From Flavobacteriales bacterium (lineage in GTDB: Bacteria > Bacteroidota > Bacteroidia > Flavobacteriales_D > Crocinitomicaceae), in NCBI GenBank assembly GCA_015665275.1, contig JADFAL010000066.1, positions 617 through 64,616 on the forward strand: DNA of 64,000 nucleotides, given 5' to 3'. A program made the translations under genes and the position numbers. The notes below the pieces were generated by a model, which was given only the letters and a program-made list of their open reading frames with translations, searched no databases and was not told the origin of the DNA. Positions 20,056 through 31,193 of this stretch are shown here, piece after piece (the first letter of the stretch is position 1; each line of letters opens with the position of its first letter).

Positions 20056-20532
20056 ATGATAAACAAGAATAAAGTACGAGAATTGGTGGAAGAACGCATG
20101 TCGGAGCTCGATAATGGTCTGTTCATTGTGGAGTTAAGCATTTCCAGTAACAACGTAATTCGCGTGGAGTTGGACAAGCATGAAGGCGGAGTAAGTGTAG
20201 AGGATTGTATTCGCGTTTCTCGGAACGTAGAGCACAATTTGGACCGCGAAGAGCAAGATTTTGAATTGCATGTTTCTTCTGCCGGTTTAGACAAAGGACT
20301 TCGTGTACTTGCACAGTACCAGAAGAACATCGGAAGAGATGTAAAAGTGAAATTCTTAGACAGCGGATCCATTGAGGGAGAGTTGATCGCAGCTACGGAT
20401 GAAGAAATAATAATTCGTACCTCCCGTAAGGAGCGTATCGAAGGAAGAAAGAAAAAGGAAACAATCATCGAGGACCACACGGTGCCGATGGAACAGATAA
20501 AAGAGACAAAAATTATCATCTCATTTAAGTAA
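20056..20532 (+). CDS. rimP: Ribosome maturation factor RimP
   Basis: 158 aa directly upstream of nusA. It has RimP-like N- and C-terminal domains (LFIVELSISSNNVIRVELDK..., IGRDVKVKF). Confidence 0.85.
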   Translation: MINKNKVRELVEERMSELDNGLFIVELSISSNNVIRVELDKHEGGVSVEDCIRVSRNVEHNLDREEQDFELHVSSAGLDKGLRVLAQYQKNIGRDVKVKFLDSGSIEGELIAATDEEIIIRTSRKERIEGRKKKETIIEDHTVPMEQIKETKIIISFK

Positions 20533-20543
20533 ATAGAAAGACT

Positions 20544-21779
20544 ATGGATAGCTTGGAATTAATAGATTCGTTTTCGGAGTTTAAAGAGCTGAAAAACATT
20601 GACAAACAAACGATGCAACACGTGTTGGAAGACGTATTCCGCGCAATGTTGAAGAAAAAATTCAATACCGATGAACACATTGATGTCATTGTAAATATTG
20701 ACAAAGGTGATGTTCAAATTTTCTTGAATAAAGAGATCGTAGATGATGGGGAGGTAGAAGATCAGAATATTGAAATGGCACTTTCTGATGCGCAAAAAAT
20801 CGAAGAAGATTTTGAAATCGGAGAGGAAGTAACAGAAGAATTCAAATTTGGAGACTTCGGACGCCGAAATATTCTTTCACTACGTCAGAACTTGATTTCC
20901 AGAATTTTGGAATTAGAGAAAGATCACCTTTACAAATTATACAAAGAGCGTATTGGTGATATCATCACTGGTGAAGTGTATCAGGTTTGGAAGAAAGAAA
21001 TCATGGTAATTGACGACGAAGGAAACGAGTTGATTTTACCAAAATCAGAACAAATTCCTTCGGATTACTTCAAGAAAGGAGAGTCGATCCGTGCCGTTGT
21101 AGCAAAAGTAGATATGCGTAACAGCAGCCCGGTGATTATTCTATCACGTACAGCACCAGAATTCTTGGAGCGCTTGTTCGAGTTGGAAGTTCCAGAAGTA
21201 TTTGACGGATTGATTACCATCAAACGTATCGTTCGTGAGCCAGGTGAGCGCGCGAAAGTGGCGGTAGAGTCTTACGACGATCGTGTAGATCCAGTAGGTG
21301 CCTGTGTAGGTATGAAGGGATCGCGTATTCATGGAATCGTTCGTGAGTTGCGTAACGAGAACATTGATGTAATCAACTTCACGAACAATCCACAATTGTT
21401 CATCCAGCGAGCATTGTCTCCAGCGAAGATTACAAGTATCGAAATTGATGAAGAAGATAGTCGTGCAAAAGTATTCTTGAAGCCAGACCAGGTATCACTG
21501 GCAATTGGTAAAGGAGGACACAACATTAAATTAGGCGGGCGCTTAACAGGATACGAATTGGATGTTTACCGTGAAGGTGAAGTTGACATCGAAGACGTTG
21601 ATTTGGAAGAGTTTGCGGATGAAATCGATAGCTGGATTCTCGACGAGTTGAAAGCAATTGGTTGCGATACTGCGAAGTCAGTTTTGGCGATCACGGCTGA
21701 AGACCTCGTAAAACGTACTGATTTAGAGCAAGAGACGATCGGAGAAGTGTTCAAAATACTGAGAGCGGAGTTTGAGTAA
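20544..21779 (+). CDS. nusA: Transcription termination/antitermination factor NusA
   Basis: S1 domain (GDIITGEVYQVWKKEIMV), two KH domains (GACVGMKGSRIHGIVREL, AIGKGGHNIKL), and conserved operon position. Confidence 0.95.
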   Translation: MDSLELIDSFSEFKELKNIDKQTMQHVLEDVFRAMLKKKFNTDEHIDVIVNIDKGDVQIFLNKEIVDDGEVEDQNIEMALSDAQKIEEDFEIGEEVTEEFKFGDFGRRNILSLRQNLISRILELEKDHLYKLYKERIGDIITGEVYQVWKKEIMVIDDEGNELILPKSEQIPSDYFKKGESIRAVVAKVDMRNSSPVIILSRTAPEFLERLFELEVPEVFDGLITIKRIVREPGERAKVAVESYDDRVDPVGACVGMKGSRIHGIVRELRNENIDVINFTNNPQLFIQRALSPAKITSIEIDEEDSRAKVFLKPDQVSLAIGKGGHNIKLGGRLTGYELDVYREGEVDIEDVDLEEFADEIDSWILDELKAIGCDTAKSVLAITAEDLVKRTDLEQETIGEVFKILRAEFE

Positions 21780-21840
21780 ATCGCTGCAAAAACAGTATAT
21801 TTAACGCATTTATAAAGAAAATTTAAGGACGCACAATTTT

Positions 21841-24546
21841 ATGGCGAGACCAATAAGACTAGGAAAAGCAGCAGGGGAATTAAACGTTGGTATGTCTACC
21901 ATCGTAGACTACCTTGAAAGCAACGGTGTGAGCATTGATGCCAGTCCCAACACAAAGTTGACGCCTGATCAATATGACATGCTGCGCACTGAATTTGCTG
22001 CGGACCAAGATCTGAAAGAGCAAACGAAGAAAGCTACTCCAGCACGTGAAAAGCGCGAAACCATTTCTATCCGCGATAAGAAAGAGGATGAAGAAGAAGC
22101 GCCAGCGGCAGAGCCAGCTCCTGAGCCAGTAGTGGAAACTCCAGCACCTGCTCCAGAACCAGTGGTTGAAAAGCCAGTGGAGAAACCGGTTGAAAAGCCA
22201 GTGGAAGAACCAGTTGCAGAAGACGATAAGCTTGGCGTAAAAATGGTTGGTAAAATTGATCTAGCATCAATTAACCAAAAAACACGCCCAGACAAAAAGG
22301 CGAAAGAGGAGGCTCCAGCCAAAGCAAAGGAAGAAGCACCTAAAAAGGAAGCGAAGCCAGCTGCCGAAGCTCCGAAAGAAGAAAAACCAGCCGCTAAGAA
22401 GGAAGAAAAGCCTGCTGAAGCGACCAACGCCCCGAAGGTAACCGAAACGATTCGTGCAGAATCGAAGAAACTTACAGGACCAAACGTTGTTGGTAAAATT
22501 GAACTTCCAGTAGAAAAACCGAGAGGTGGTGGAGCTGGAGAACGTCGCAAACGCAAACGCGTTCGTAAGGTTGACGTCAATAAGCAGACACAACAACAAG
22601 AAAAAAATAAAGGTAAAAAGAAGGTGGATAAGCCGGAAATTACCGAACAAGACATCCAGCGCGAGATCAAAGAAACGTTGGCTCGTCTTTCGAACAAAGG
22701 AGGAAAATCCAAAGGGTCGAAAAACCGTAGAGCAAAGCGTGATAGCGTTGCTCAACGTCGTCAGGAAGAGGAGTTGCAAGCAGAGTTGGAAGAGAAAATA
22801 CTCAAGTTAACAGAGTTCGTTTCTGTTTCCGAGTTGGCAACAATGATGAATGTAGGCTCGACGGAGGTTATTTCGGCTTGTATGTCATTAGGAATCTTTG
22901 TTTCAATCAACCAACGATTGGATGCTGAGACCATCCAAATTGTAGCGGAAGAATTCGGTTATGAAACAGAGTTCGTTACGGCTGAGGTACAAGAGGCAAT
23001 TCCGGTTGTTGAAGACAAAGAAGAAGACTTAATCACGCGTCCACCAATCATTACGGTGATGGGACACGTTGACCACGGTAAAACATCCCTATTGGATCGC
23101 ATTCGAGATGCTGATGTAATCGCTGGCGAGGCCGGAGGTATTACCCAGCATATTGGAGCATACGGTGTTACGTTAAAAGACGGTCGCAAGATGACTTTCT
23201 TAGATACACCGGGTCACGAAGCCTTTACGGCAATGCGTGCGCGTGGTGCACAGGTAACAGATGTAGCGGTAATTATTATTGCTGCGGATGATGATGTGAT
23301 GCCACAAACGAAAGAAGCAATTGCACACGCTCAAGCAGCGGAAGTACCAATGGTATTTGCAATCAACAAAATTGATACCCCAGGTGCAAACCCGGATAAG
23401 ATTCGTGAGCAACTTTCTACCATGAATATCCTAGTAGAGGACTGGGGAGGGAAGTACCAGTGTCAGGAAATCTCAGCGAAGAAAAACTTGAACATTGACG
23501 ACCTTCTTGAGAAAATCTTATTGGAAGCAGAATTATTGGAATTGCGTGCAAATCCAAATAAAAATGCGCTTGGAACCGTAGTTGAATCCTCTCTGGATAA
23601 AGGTAAGGGATACGTGACGAACATGCTTGTAGAAGCAGGAACGCTTCGCGTTGGAGATGTGGTTCTAGTTGGACGTCACAACGGTAAAGTGCGTGCAATG
23701 CACGATGAGCACGGAAACGAATTGAAAGAAGTTGGACCAGCGCAACCGGTTTCTATCTTAGGAATCAACGGCGCACCTTCAGCGGGAGATAAATTTCACG
23801 TAATGGACGACGAGCGTGAAGCGAAGTCGATTTCAACGAAACGTGAGCAATTGTACCGCGAGCAAGGATTGCGTACAACGAAGCATATTACTTTGGACGA
23901 GATCGGTCGTCGTTTGGCGATTGGCGACTTCAAGGAGTTGAACTTGATCATCAAAGGGGATGTGGATGGATCTATCGAGGCCCTTTCCGATTCCATGTTG
24001 AAGCTTTCAACGGAAGAAATCCAAGTGAACATTGTTCACAAAGGAGTAGGAGCAATTTCAGAGGCCGATGTCAACTTGGCATCCGCATCAGACGCAATTA
24101 TCCTTGGATTCCAGGTTCGCCCATCAATGCAAGCACGTAAGTTGGCAGAGAACGAACAAATCGATATCCGATTGTACTCTGTAATCTACAAGGCGATTGA
24201 AGAAATCAAAGCTGCGATGGAAGGAATGTTGTCTCCAGATGTAGTAGAAGAAATCATCGGATCGGCAGAAATTCGAGAAACGTTCAACATTACCAAAGTA
24301 GGAACGATTGCTGGATGTTACGTCTTGGATGGAATTATCAAGCGTTCATCTCAAATCCGTGTTATTCGCGATGGAATTGTAGTTCATACCGGAACACTTG
24401 GTTCTTTGAAACGTTTCAAGGACGATGTGAAGGAAGTGAAGAACAACTACGAATGTGGATTGAACATCGAAAGATACAATGACATCAAAGTAGGCGATAT
24501 TGTTGAAGCCTATGAAGAAGTAGAGGTAGCAAGAAAGCTAAAGTAA
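21841..24546 (+). CDS. infB: Translation initiation factor IF-2
   Basis: GTPase motifs [20 protein letters not shown] and NKID. A long Pro/Glu/Lys/Ala low-complexity N-terminal linker is present. 901 aa. Confidence 0.95.
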   Translation: MARPIRLGKAAGELNVGMSTIVDYLESNGVSIDASPNTKLTPDQYDMLRTEFAADQDLKEQTKKATPAREKRETISIRDKKEDEEEAPAAEPAPEPVVETPAPAPEPVVEKPVEKPVEKPVEEPVAEDDKLGVKMVGKIDLASINQKTRPDKKAKEEAPAKAKEEAPKKEAKPAAEAPKEEKPAAKKEEKPAEATNAPKVTETIRAESKKLTGPNVVGKIELPVEKPRGGGAGERRKRKRVRKVDVNKQTQQQEKNKGKKKVDKPEITEQDIQREIKETLARLSNKGGKSKGSKNRRAKRDSVAQRRQEEELQAELEEKILKLTEFVSVSELATMMNVGSTEVISACMSLGIFVSINQRLDAETIQIVAEEFGYETEFVTAEVQEAIPVVEDKEEDLITRPPIITVMGHVDHGKTSLLDRIRDADVIAGEAGGITQHIGAYGVTLKDGRKMTFLDTPGHEAFTAMRARGAQVTDVAVIIIAADDDVMPQTKEAIAHAQAAEVPMVFAINKIDTPGANPDKIREQLSTMNILVEDWGGKYQCQEISAKKNLNIDDLLEKILLEAELLELRANPNKNALGTVVESSLDKGKGYVTNMLVEAGTLRVGDVVLVGRHNGKVRAMHDEHGNELKEVGPAQPVSILGINGAPSAGDKFHVMDDEREAKSISTKREQLYREQGLRTTKHITLDEIGRRLAIGDFKELNLIIKGDVDGSIEALSDSMLKLSTEEIQVNIVHKGVGAISEADVNLASASDAIILGFQVRPSMQARKLAENEQIDIRLYSVIYKAIEEIKAAMEGMLSPDVVEEIIGSAEIRETFNITKVGTIAGCYVLDGIIKRSSQIRVIRDGIVVHTGTLGSLKRFKDDVKEVKNNYECGLNIERYNDIKVGDIVEAYEEVEVARKLK

Positions 24547-24566
24547 CTTCTAAATATTAGATTTTG

Positions 24567-24607
24567 AAACCCGGTCTTCGAGCTAGTCGAGAAGCCGGGT
24601 TTTTTTG
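24567..24607 (+). terminator. Rho-independent terminator after infB
   Basis: aaacccggtcttcgag...tcgagaagccgggt followed by T8. Confidence 0.8.
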
Positions 24608-24621
24608 TGCCCTATCAATTA

Positions 24622-25904
24622 TCAATTCTTCACAAAAGACTGCACAGTGCGCTTTCCATCTTCCAAAACGATAAATAAGTATTGTCCTTTCTCGAAAGTT
24701 GAGACATCGATGGAATAATTGTCTTCCCCTTTCATTAGTGCTTGTTCCATTTCTAAAATAACGCGCCCAGAAAGGTCAGTAATCACAAAGTACGCTTCGG
24801 AATCTTTAACACTGAAATATTGTGCGGTAATCCCTGAACTTGCAGGATTTGGATACAACAATAAACGCTTGTCTTCATTGAGAACATTTCGAACAAGAAG
24901 CGTTTGAGAGTATTCGAATTTGCCATCAAAATCGACTTGTTTCAACCGGTAGTAGTTGTCGCCAACAGAAAACGCTACGTGCGTAAAGGTATAGTGTGTT
25001 TCGGATGTAGTTGTACCATTACCCTCAATGCGCCCTAAAGAAACGAAGGAGCCGTCAGCCAACCTGTGTTCAACTATAAAATGACTGTTGTTCAATTCAG
25101 ACATTGTCGTCCAGGTAATCTCGTTTCCAAGCCGTGTTTCTTTGGCGGAAACATTCACTAATTCTACAGGCAAGGTTGCTGACGCAGTAATGGAAATATC
25201 GTCAATAGCAACAGACGGGTCCGTTCCAACCCCATTTCCGTTGTTTGCCCAAAGGAAACCAATACGAAGATTGGCAATGTTTTCAGCACAGACAGGTAAT
25301 GCATAACTCTGTGTTGACCAGTATCCCTGTCCAGAAAACAAAATGGAACAACTTACGGGGTCTGGAGCGCCGCAGAATCCAGGCAATAGGCAGCAGCATA
25401 AGTCACCAGTTGGTGTGCCAAGTGTCAACCAATTTGTTCCTCCATCACAACTATATACTACGGTAAAACCATCATCTCCCTGTGCCGCGATGTAGCTAAA
25501 ATCTAAAGTTAAGGAGGCGTATCCAACGATATTGATTGATGGTGATTCAATGCGTTTGTTTGTTGCATTTGCGGGACCTGTTTCGTCGTATGCAGCACCA
25601 CAATCCGGTATTCCGCAAAGCCCACCAATTGCACTTACATGCAAAGACGCATCTGCATTACTACAAGCACTTCCACAATTTCCCGGCGCGTTTCCACACT
25701 CTTCTCCGCTTACGTGCCACTGATTGGCGCTTCCGCCTTCGGCTCCTGTTATTGTTTGACTTCAGGCTCCCCCGGCAGATGCTGGATAGCCAACTGCAGA
25801 GGTTCCACGAGCAGCACTTCCTGCACTAAATCTTCTGTCCAAATGACTTGAGAAAAAGAAGGTGAAGCACTGAGTAGTGCCATCATGAGTAAGAGAGATC
25901 GCAT
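24622..25904 (-). pseudogene. T9SS-sorted secreted protein (Cys-rich N-module, FN3-like module, CTD) with a 1-nt frameshift and an in-frame TGA
   Basis: ATG 25904 gives the signal peptide MRSLLLMMALLSASPSFSQVIWTED. The frame then shifts at the A3 run 25828-25830 to FSAGSAARGTSAVGYPASAGGA*SQTITGAEGG..., with TGA at 25762-25764. That reading continues into track ORF 24622..25644. C-terminus LYPNPASSGITAQY...GQYLFIVL. Confidence 0.7.
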
Positions 25905-26030
25905 AGTTTAGTAGTCTTTTGTGTTGATACACAGTTTGATAACCAATATACGAAATCTAAACACGCTGTGAATTTTAGTTATTATTTGGTGGCGCTAATC
26001 GTTTATTCGGAGCCTTGGCAAGGTTTAAAA

Positions 26031-26077
26031 TGCAAAAAGCCCCCCGATTCATCGAGCGGAGTCGAGATGAGGGGGGC
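26031..26077 (-). terminator. Rho-independent terminator for the 26167..27741 locus
   Basis: Stem gcccccc (26039-45) / ggggggc (26071-77) with inner pairing. On the minus strand it is followed by T5. Confidence 0.65.
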
Positions 26078-26166
26078 TTAAGTAGCAAGTGAATAGTGGC
26101 TGGCACATTCACTCTAACGTCAACTTACTCTCTTAATTACTTCGGTTAGAGTGCTTAAAAACACGA

Positions 26167-27741
26167 TTATTGAATTACTAGACTTTTTGCCACCTTGCTG
26201 TGTGGTGATTGTACCACCACCTGATACACTCCCGCAGGAGCGTTTAGATGTAATTGGGTAGAGGCCGTTTGTGAAATTTCAGAATGAATTAGCCTCCCCA
26301 TCATATCGCGCACTTCGATAATTACCGGATCGGAGCCATTGGCAAGCTGAACTGTGATATCACCTTTCGACGGATTCGGAAAAACAGAGAACTCTACGGG
26401 CTCCAATTCTGGTGTGGAAGCGATAAAATTGCCACACGGAAAATCAGAACTGTTGTCATATAGTATTTGAACTGCATCTGCAATATTCAAGATATTTTGC
26501 ACATTGTCGTAGCTGCTGCTATCATCATCGTTAAAAAGGAAAACGTAATCAGTACAGATCATCGAACCGGCCATGAGATGACCGGGCGCAATGGACATCA
26601 AACCTCGTCGATCACCCGGAGGATTTGGAGCCCCGCTACTAGCATTGAATTCCCACCATTCATCATTGATGATGGTTCCCCCCGTTGCAATTCCAGTAGG
26701 GTCAGAATCTCCCGGGTAAATTATTTTGGTAGGAATTGTAGTTGTGCCTGCATTGTACCCATTGCCTCCGTAGAACATAGAAGAACCGTCGGTCCAGAGG
26801 CCATTCATAAAGTTCCAGCGATCAGCGTCAGTAGATGGCGCAGAGGTAGGAAAAAAACCAGACTTAAAATTAATTGAAGCATCAAGGGTTTGGTTTAAAG
26901 ACATGATTCCTTGGGCCGGTGGATTATCCCCGTATCCAAGAGAACCACCGGAATTTTGTCAAATAAATCGCCGTTGTAACCATACATCATATTGTTCGCT
27001 ACGCTGCTACCGAAATAGTCATCTCCATAGTTACCAATGTCAAAATCGGCGTAGATGGACTGTCTATAGTCTGTATAACTGGTTGTTGAACGATTGAACG
27101 CGCGAACATTTAAAAACGTCGTTTCTCCAAGGTAGCCTGTAGTATTAAATTGATAAAACATAAGGTGCAGTTCGATTCCAAGGGCATCAAGCTGCGGTTG
27201 ATACGATTCATCGTTTTGGATTACATATACAACCTCATCTCCAGAAAAGTCAGGGTAGTCGCCATCCAAAGGCTCGTAAACACCATCACCATCTTGATCA
27301 ACAAAAGGTGCTAATTGATCTGCAACGCCAAGCGTAATATCCCCCCTGCTGATACTGCGCAATATGATCGTCTACCTGTTGTCGCGTGACCTTCCAAATG
27401 GACTGTCCGTATGCATTTTGCTACCCCGTGGTTCCGTACGACGCGTTATCTGCAATGGGGCCCGATCTCCATGCAACATTCGTACTTGAAGGTGCAGTAA
27501 GTTGTAATTGTCCCATAGGGTTCAAACCTCCCGCCCATATACTTGCGGCGTAAAAAGTACCAAGTCCAGTTCCGGCCGGAATGTCATATCCATGTGTTGA
27601 ATTTTGAGCATCGTTGAAGAAGTAGCCTTCATCTGCAACAATGGCGCTCACATCGTTTGCATTCAATGTTTCTGTATCAGCAACTTGCGAGAAGGCAAGA
27701 GTTGTGACGAGTGTTGATAGTAGTAATAGCGTCTCTTTCAT
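26167..27741 (-). pseudogene. T9SS-sorted secreted protein broken by an in-frame TAG and two homopolymer frameshifts
   Basis: Three track ORFs (27421..27804, 26895..27362, 26167..26904) read as one protein. Signal peptide MKETLLLLSTLVTTLAFSQ starts at 27741. TAG is at 27421-23 (...SYGTTG*QNAYGQSIWKV...). Frame changes occur at the C6 run 27341-46 and the T4 run 26954-57. C-terminus VFPNPSKGDITVQL...AGVYQVVV. Confidence 0.7.
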
Positions 27742-28056
27742 ATAGCGTGTCTTTGGCACCAAGATAATTGATGAATTGAGAAGAAAAGATGCTGTTCCGA
27801 TCATCTTTAATCCTCCCTATACACTTCTACAAAGAGAAGAAAACAGTGGAAAAAACCTTTCAAAAAGGAATAATCCGACTTCAATCAATGAGAACTACGT
27901 GTGAAGCGAACAAAATTGCAGGGCATTCTATCAGTCAAAACATCAAAAATGCACCTGTTTTTGTCACAATACTGTCACAAAGTTTCGAAATAAAGGAATG
28001 TTGCGAAAATTTAACAGAAACCCACTGAGTCGCAGAAAGCTTTCGTCAATAATACG

Positions 28057-28064
28057 TACCTTTG
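28057..28064 (+). promoter_or_regulatory. Candidate -7 box (TAnnTTTG) for tatA
   Basis: TACCTTTG lies 23 nt upstream of the tatA ATG. Confidence 0.3.
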
Positions 28065-28086
28065 ACGTTCATTAAAACCTATTGAA

Positions 28087-28272
28087 ATGATTTTAGGAGT
28101 TTTTGGTCCTTGGCAGGTTATTGCAATTTTGGTAGTTGCGCTTTTGTTGTTCGGTGGTAGAAAAATCCCTGAGTTAATGAAAGGACTTGGTAAAGGGGTT
28201 AAAGAATTCAAAGACGCTTCCAAAGCAGAAGACGCTGAAGCATCGATTGAATCTACAGACGAAAAGAAATAA
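28087..28272 (+). CDS. tatA: Twin-arginine translocase subunit TatA/E
   Basis: 61 aa with a single TM and amphipathic helix. LLLFGGRKIPELMKGLGKGVKEFK is the canonical TatA signature. Confidence 0.85.
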   Translation: MILGVFGPWQVIAILVVALLLFGGRKIPELMKGLGKGVKEFKDASKAEDAEASIESTDEKK

Positions 28273-28280
28273 TTTCTCGC

Positions 28281-29702
28281 ATGCTGCGCACCTACGCCGA
28301 AGTTCAAAACGCTATTGCTTCGGGCACTACGGTAATGTCCATTTTGGATGATTATCTGGCCCGGATTCAAGAGAATCAGCACCTAAATGCTTTTTTGGAA
28401 GTTTTTGAATCGTCTGCTCGCGATCAAGCGATCAAGGTAGATGAGAAGATCAAAAATGGAAATGCTGGGAGACTGGCAGGAATGGTTATTGGCCTCAAGG
28501 ATAACCTGTGCTATGAAGGGCACAAAGTATCTGCCGCCTCCAAAATTTTAGAAGGATTTGAATCGTTGTATACAGGAACAGCTGTGCAACGACTAATCGA
28601 TGAAGATGCGATCATTATAGGACGCCTGAACTGCGACGAGTTCGCCATGGGAAGTTCCAATGAAAACTCTGCTTTTGGACCTGTAAGAAATGCAATAAAC
28701 ACCGATAAAGTTCCAGGAGGGTCTTCAGGAGGCTCGGCAACAGCAGTTGCAGCAGGTTTATGTACCGCAGCACTTGGAAGTGATACAGGAGGATCTATTC
28801 GACAGCCGGCGAGTTTTACCGGAACCGTTGGCTTTAAACCTTCGTACGGTCGCATCAGTCGATATGGATTGATCGCCTACGCTTCTTCTTTTGACCAAAT
28901 CGGACCTTTCACCAATTCCATTGAAGACGCAGCCTTGTTGACTGAAATAATGGCTGGACAAGACGATTTCGACGCTACAGCATCGACTGAAACAGTGGAC
29001 GATTATACGTCATTTGACAATTCTGGCCCTAAGAAAATTGCCGTGATCAAAGAATGTCTCGAATCAGAGGGAATTGATCCGGAGATTAAAGCAGCAATCG
29101 AACAACAAATTGAGAACTTGAAGCAAGACGGACATACCGTTGAATATGTTTCTTTCCCGTATCTCGATTACATGGTTCCAGCATATTACGTATTAACAAC
29201 GGCAGAAGCTTCTTCCAACTTATCACGTTTCGATGGGGTTCATTACGGCTACCGAAGTGAAGTTGCAAAAGGAGTAGAGGAAACATACAAGAAATCTAGA
29301 TCGGAAGGATTTGGTCCTGAGGTGAAACGCCGAATTATGGCGGGAACATTTGTACTTTCTGCTGGATATTATGATGCATATTACACGAAAGGACAAAAAG
29401 TGCGTCGTGTTTTGCAGGACAAAACGGAGGAGATTTTCAAGAACTTTGATTTCGTTTTAACACCAACGACTCCAACAGCTGCATTCGATCTTGACGCCGT
29501 AAAGGATCCGATTTCGATGTACTTGCAAGATATTTACACCGTGCATGCCAACTTAACGGGTAACCCAGCGATTTCATTCCCCATAGGAACGCACTCCAAC
29601 GGATTGCCATTCGGTATTCAATTGATGGCACCACACTTTGAAGAAAAAGCCCTATTTGGTTTTGCTAGGGAAATGGAAAATAAAGCCGTAACATCCGCAT
29701 GA
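28281..29702 (+). CDS. gatA: Asp-tRNA(Asn)/Glu-tRNA(Gln) amidotransferase subunit A
   Basis: Amidase signature GGSSGGSATAVAAGL...GSDTGGSIRQPASF. 473 aa with the typical GatA N-terminus. Confidence 0.9.
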   Translation: MLRTYAEVQNAIASGTTVMSILDDYLARIQENQHLNAFLEVFESSARDQAIKVDEKIKNGNAGRLAGMVIGLKDNLCYEGHKVSAASKILEGFESLYTGTAVQRLIDEDAIIIGRLNCDEFAMGSSNENSAFGPVRNAINTDKVPGGSSGGSATAVAAGLCTAALGSDTGGSIRQPASFTGTVGFKPSYGRISRYGLIAYASSFDQIGPFTNSIEDAALLTEIMAGQDDFDATASTETVDDYTSFDNSGPKKIAVIKECLESEGIDPEIKAAIEQQIENLKQDGHTVEYVSFPYLDYMVPAYYVLTTAEASSNLSRFDGVHYGYRSEVAKGVEETYKKSRSEGFGPEVKRRIMAGTFVLSAGYYDAYYTKGQKVRRVLQDKTEEIFKNFDFVLTPTTPTAAFDLDAVKDPISMYLQDIYTVHANLTGNPAISFPIGTHSNGLPFGIQLMAPHFEEKALFGFAREMENKAVTSA

Positions 29703-31147
29703 TCAAACAACTCCACATAACATTCGTAGTACTCCTTTCTTCCGTAAGTGTTTTCGGACAGGATAGTATTGTAAATGCACGAATGGTGGAAACGATTGAT
29801 CAAAGCTTGTTGATGTTCTATAATGAATCCGCTTCTGCTACTGGAAATGTTGATTCGGTGCGAGAAGCATTGAGTTTTGAAACATCAGATATTCCTACGT
29901 ATTCGGATGCTGTGTATTGCGATCGATTGGACAACCTCAACGAAATGAGCCCTTTCCATTTGGATTGCAACGAAGCAACCTTGAAGACGATTAAATTCTT
30001 CGCCGAAAAGCGCCGTGGATTCATCAAAGTATGTATGGGACGTTCGGAGCTGTACTTTGATATGTTCGAAGAGAAACTGGACGATTACGGATTACCTATC
30101 GAGTTAAAGTATTTGGCGGTAATTGAAAGCGGATTACGCCCTCAGGTGAAGTCTCGCGCTGGAGCCTGTGGATTGTGGCAGTTCATGTACCGCACCGGTC
30201 GTATGTTTGGATTGGAGCAGAATTCATATGTAGATGAGCGCATGGATCCTGAAAAAGCTACAGACGCTGCGTGTCAATATCTAAAGAAATTGTACGGCAT
30301 GTACGACGATTGGAACTTGGCTTTGGCGGCTTACAACGCAGGGCCGGGTAACGTTAACAAAGCCATTCGTCGTTCAGGAAATAAGAAAACTTACTGGGAG
30401 GTGCGCCCTTTTCTTCCTCGCGAAACGCAAGGATACGTTCCAAACTTTATCGCGGCGGCCTACATGATTAACTATTATCAGGAACACAATATCGTGCCTG
30501 AGGAAGCGACAATTAAGTATTACGAACTAGATACCATGTGTCTTCACAAAGGGGTGCACATGGAAACTATTTCTGACCTTCTGGAAATCTCATTGGAAGA
30601 CATTCAGCGCTTGAACCCAATTTACAAACGCAATTACATTCCTAAAGGAGTGGATGAGTTGTACTGTGTCACTTTACCATTGGATGAAATTGGGAAGTTG
30701 GTGAGTTTGGAAGACAGTTTGTATGCACTTGAATTGGAGAAATACGAGACACCAACGTTTGAAGATCCTTCTACTCCAACACGAACAGCAAGCACTTCAA
30801 GCACGAAAACCTATGCATATCACAAAGTGAAGTCAGGTGAAACGCTTGGTACTATCGCGTCGAAATACAAGACGACTGTGAGCGAGCTACAACAACTGAA
30901 CGGGCTTAGTTCGTCTAGAATCTATGTAGGACAGCGATTGAAGGTAAAAGCTACGGCCATGCCTACGACAACAACAACAACCAACACCACCAATTCAGGA
31001 AATCGTCAATACTATTCAGTTCGATCCGGAGATACTTTCGGTCGAATTGCGCAACGTTACGGAACGTCAATATCTCAGTTGCGACGCCTAAACCCAGGGA
31101 TTAATATTGATCGTTTGAGTATTGGGCAGAAAATACGAGTGAAATAG
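29699..31147 (+). CDS. Membrane-bound lytic murein transglycosylase (SLT domain) with two C-terminal LysM domains
   Basis: SLT motifs AVIESGLRPQVKSRAGACGLWQFM and AAYNAGPGNVNKAI. LysM copies are YHKVKSGETLGTIASKYKTTVSELQQLNGL and YYSVRSGDTFGRIAQRYGTSISQLRRLNPG. Confidence 0.85.
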   Translation: MIKQLHITFVVLLSSVSVFGQDSIVNARMVETIDQSLLMFYNESASATGNVDSVREALSFETSDIPTYSDAVYCDRLDNLNEMSPFHLDCNEATLKTIKFFAEKRRGFIKVCMGRSELYFDMFEEKLDDYGLPIELKYLAVIESGLRPQVKSRAGACGLWQFMYRTGRMFGLEQNSYVDERMDPEKATDAACQYLKKLYGMYDDWNLALAAYNAGPGNVNKAIRRSGNKKTYWEVRPFLPRETQGYVPNFIAAAYMINYYQEHNIVPEEATIKYYELDTMCLHKGVHMETISDLLEISLEDIQRLNPIYKRNYIPKGVDELYCVTLPLDEIGKLVSLEDSLYALELEKYETPTFEDPSTPTRTASTSSTKTYAYHKVKSGETLGTIASKYKTTVSELQQLNGLSSSRIYVGQRLKVKATAMPTTTTTTNTTNSGNRQYYSVRSGDTFGRIAQRYGTSISQLRRLNPGINIDRLSIGQKIRVK

Positions 31148-31193
31148 AATTTCTGCATAATTTTTGTAGGAGTTTATCAAAACGATATCTAAT

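Noticed and set aside
19986-20519. 177-aa minus-strand ORF overlapping rimP
   Set aside because: It is fully antisense to a conserved RimP gene in the canonical rimP-nusA-infB operon. Its composition is Ser-rich and low-complexity, and I recognise no motif.
21969-22779. Long minus-strand ORFs (247 aa and 170 aa) inside infB
   Set aside because: They are antisense to the Pro/Glu/Lys/Ala low-complexity IF-2 linker. Their translations are Ser/Phe/Gly/Leu low-complexity strings with no start context. They are artefacts of repeat composition.
28011-28382. 123-aa minus-strand ORF across tatA and the gatA start
   Set aside because: It is antisense to two confidently identified genes and has no recognisable features.
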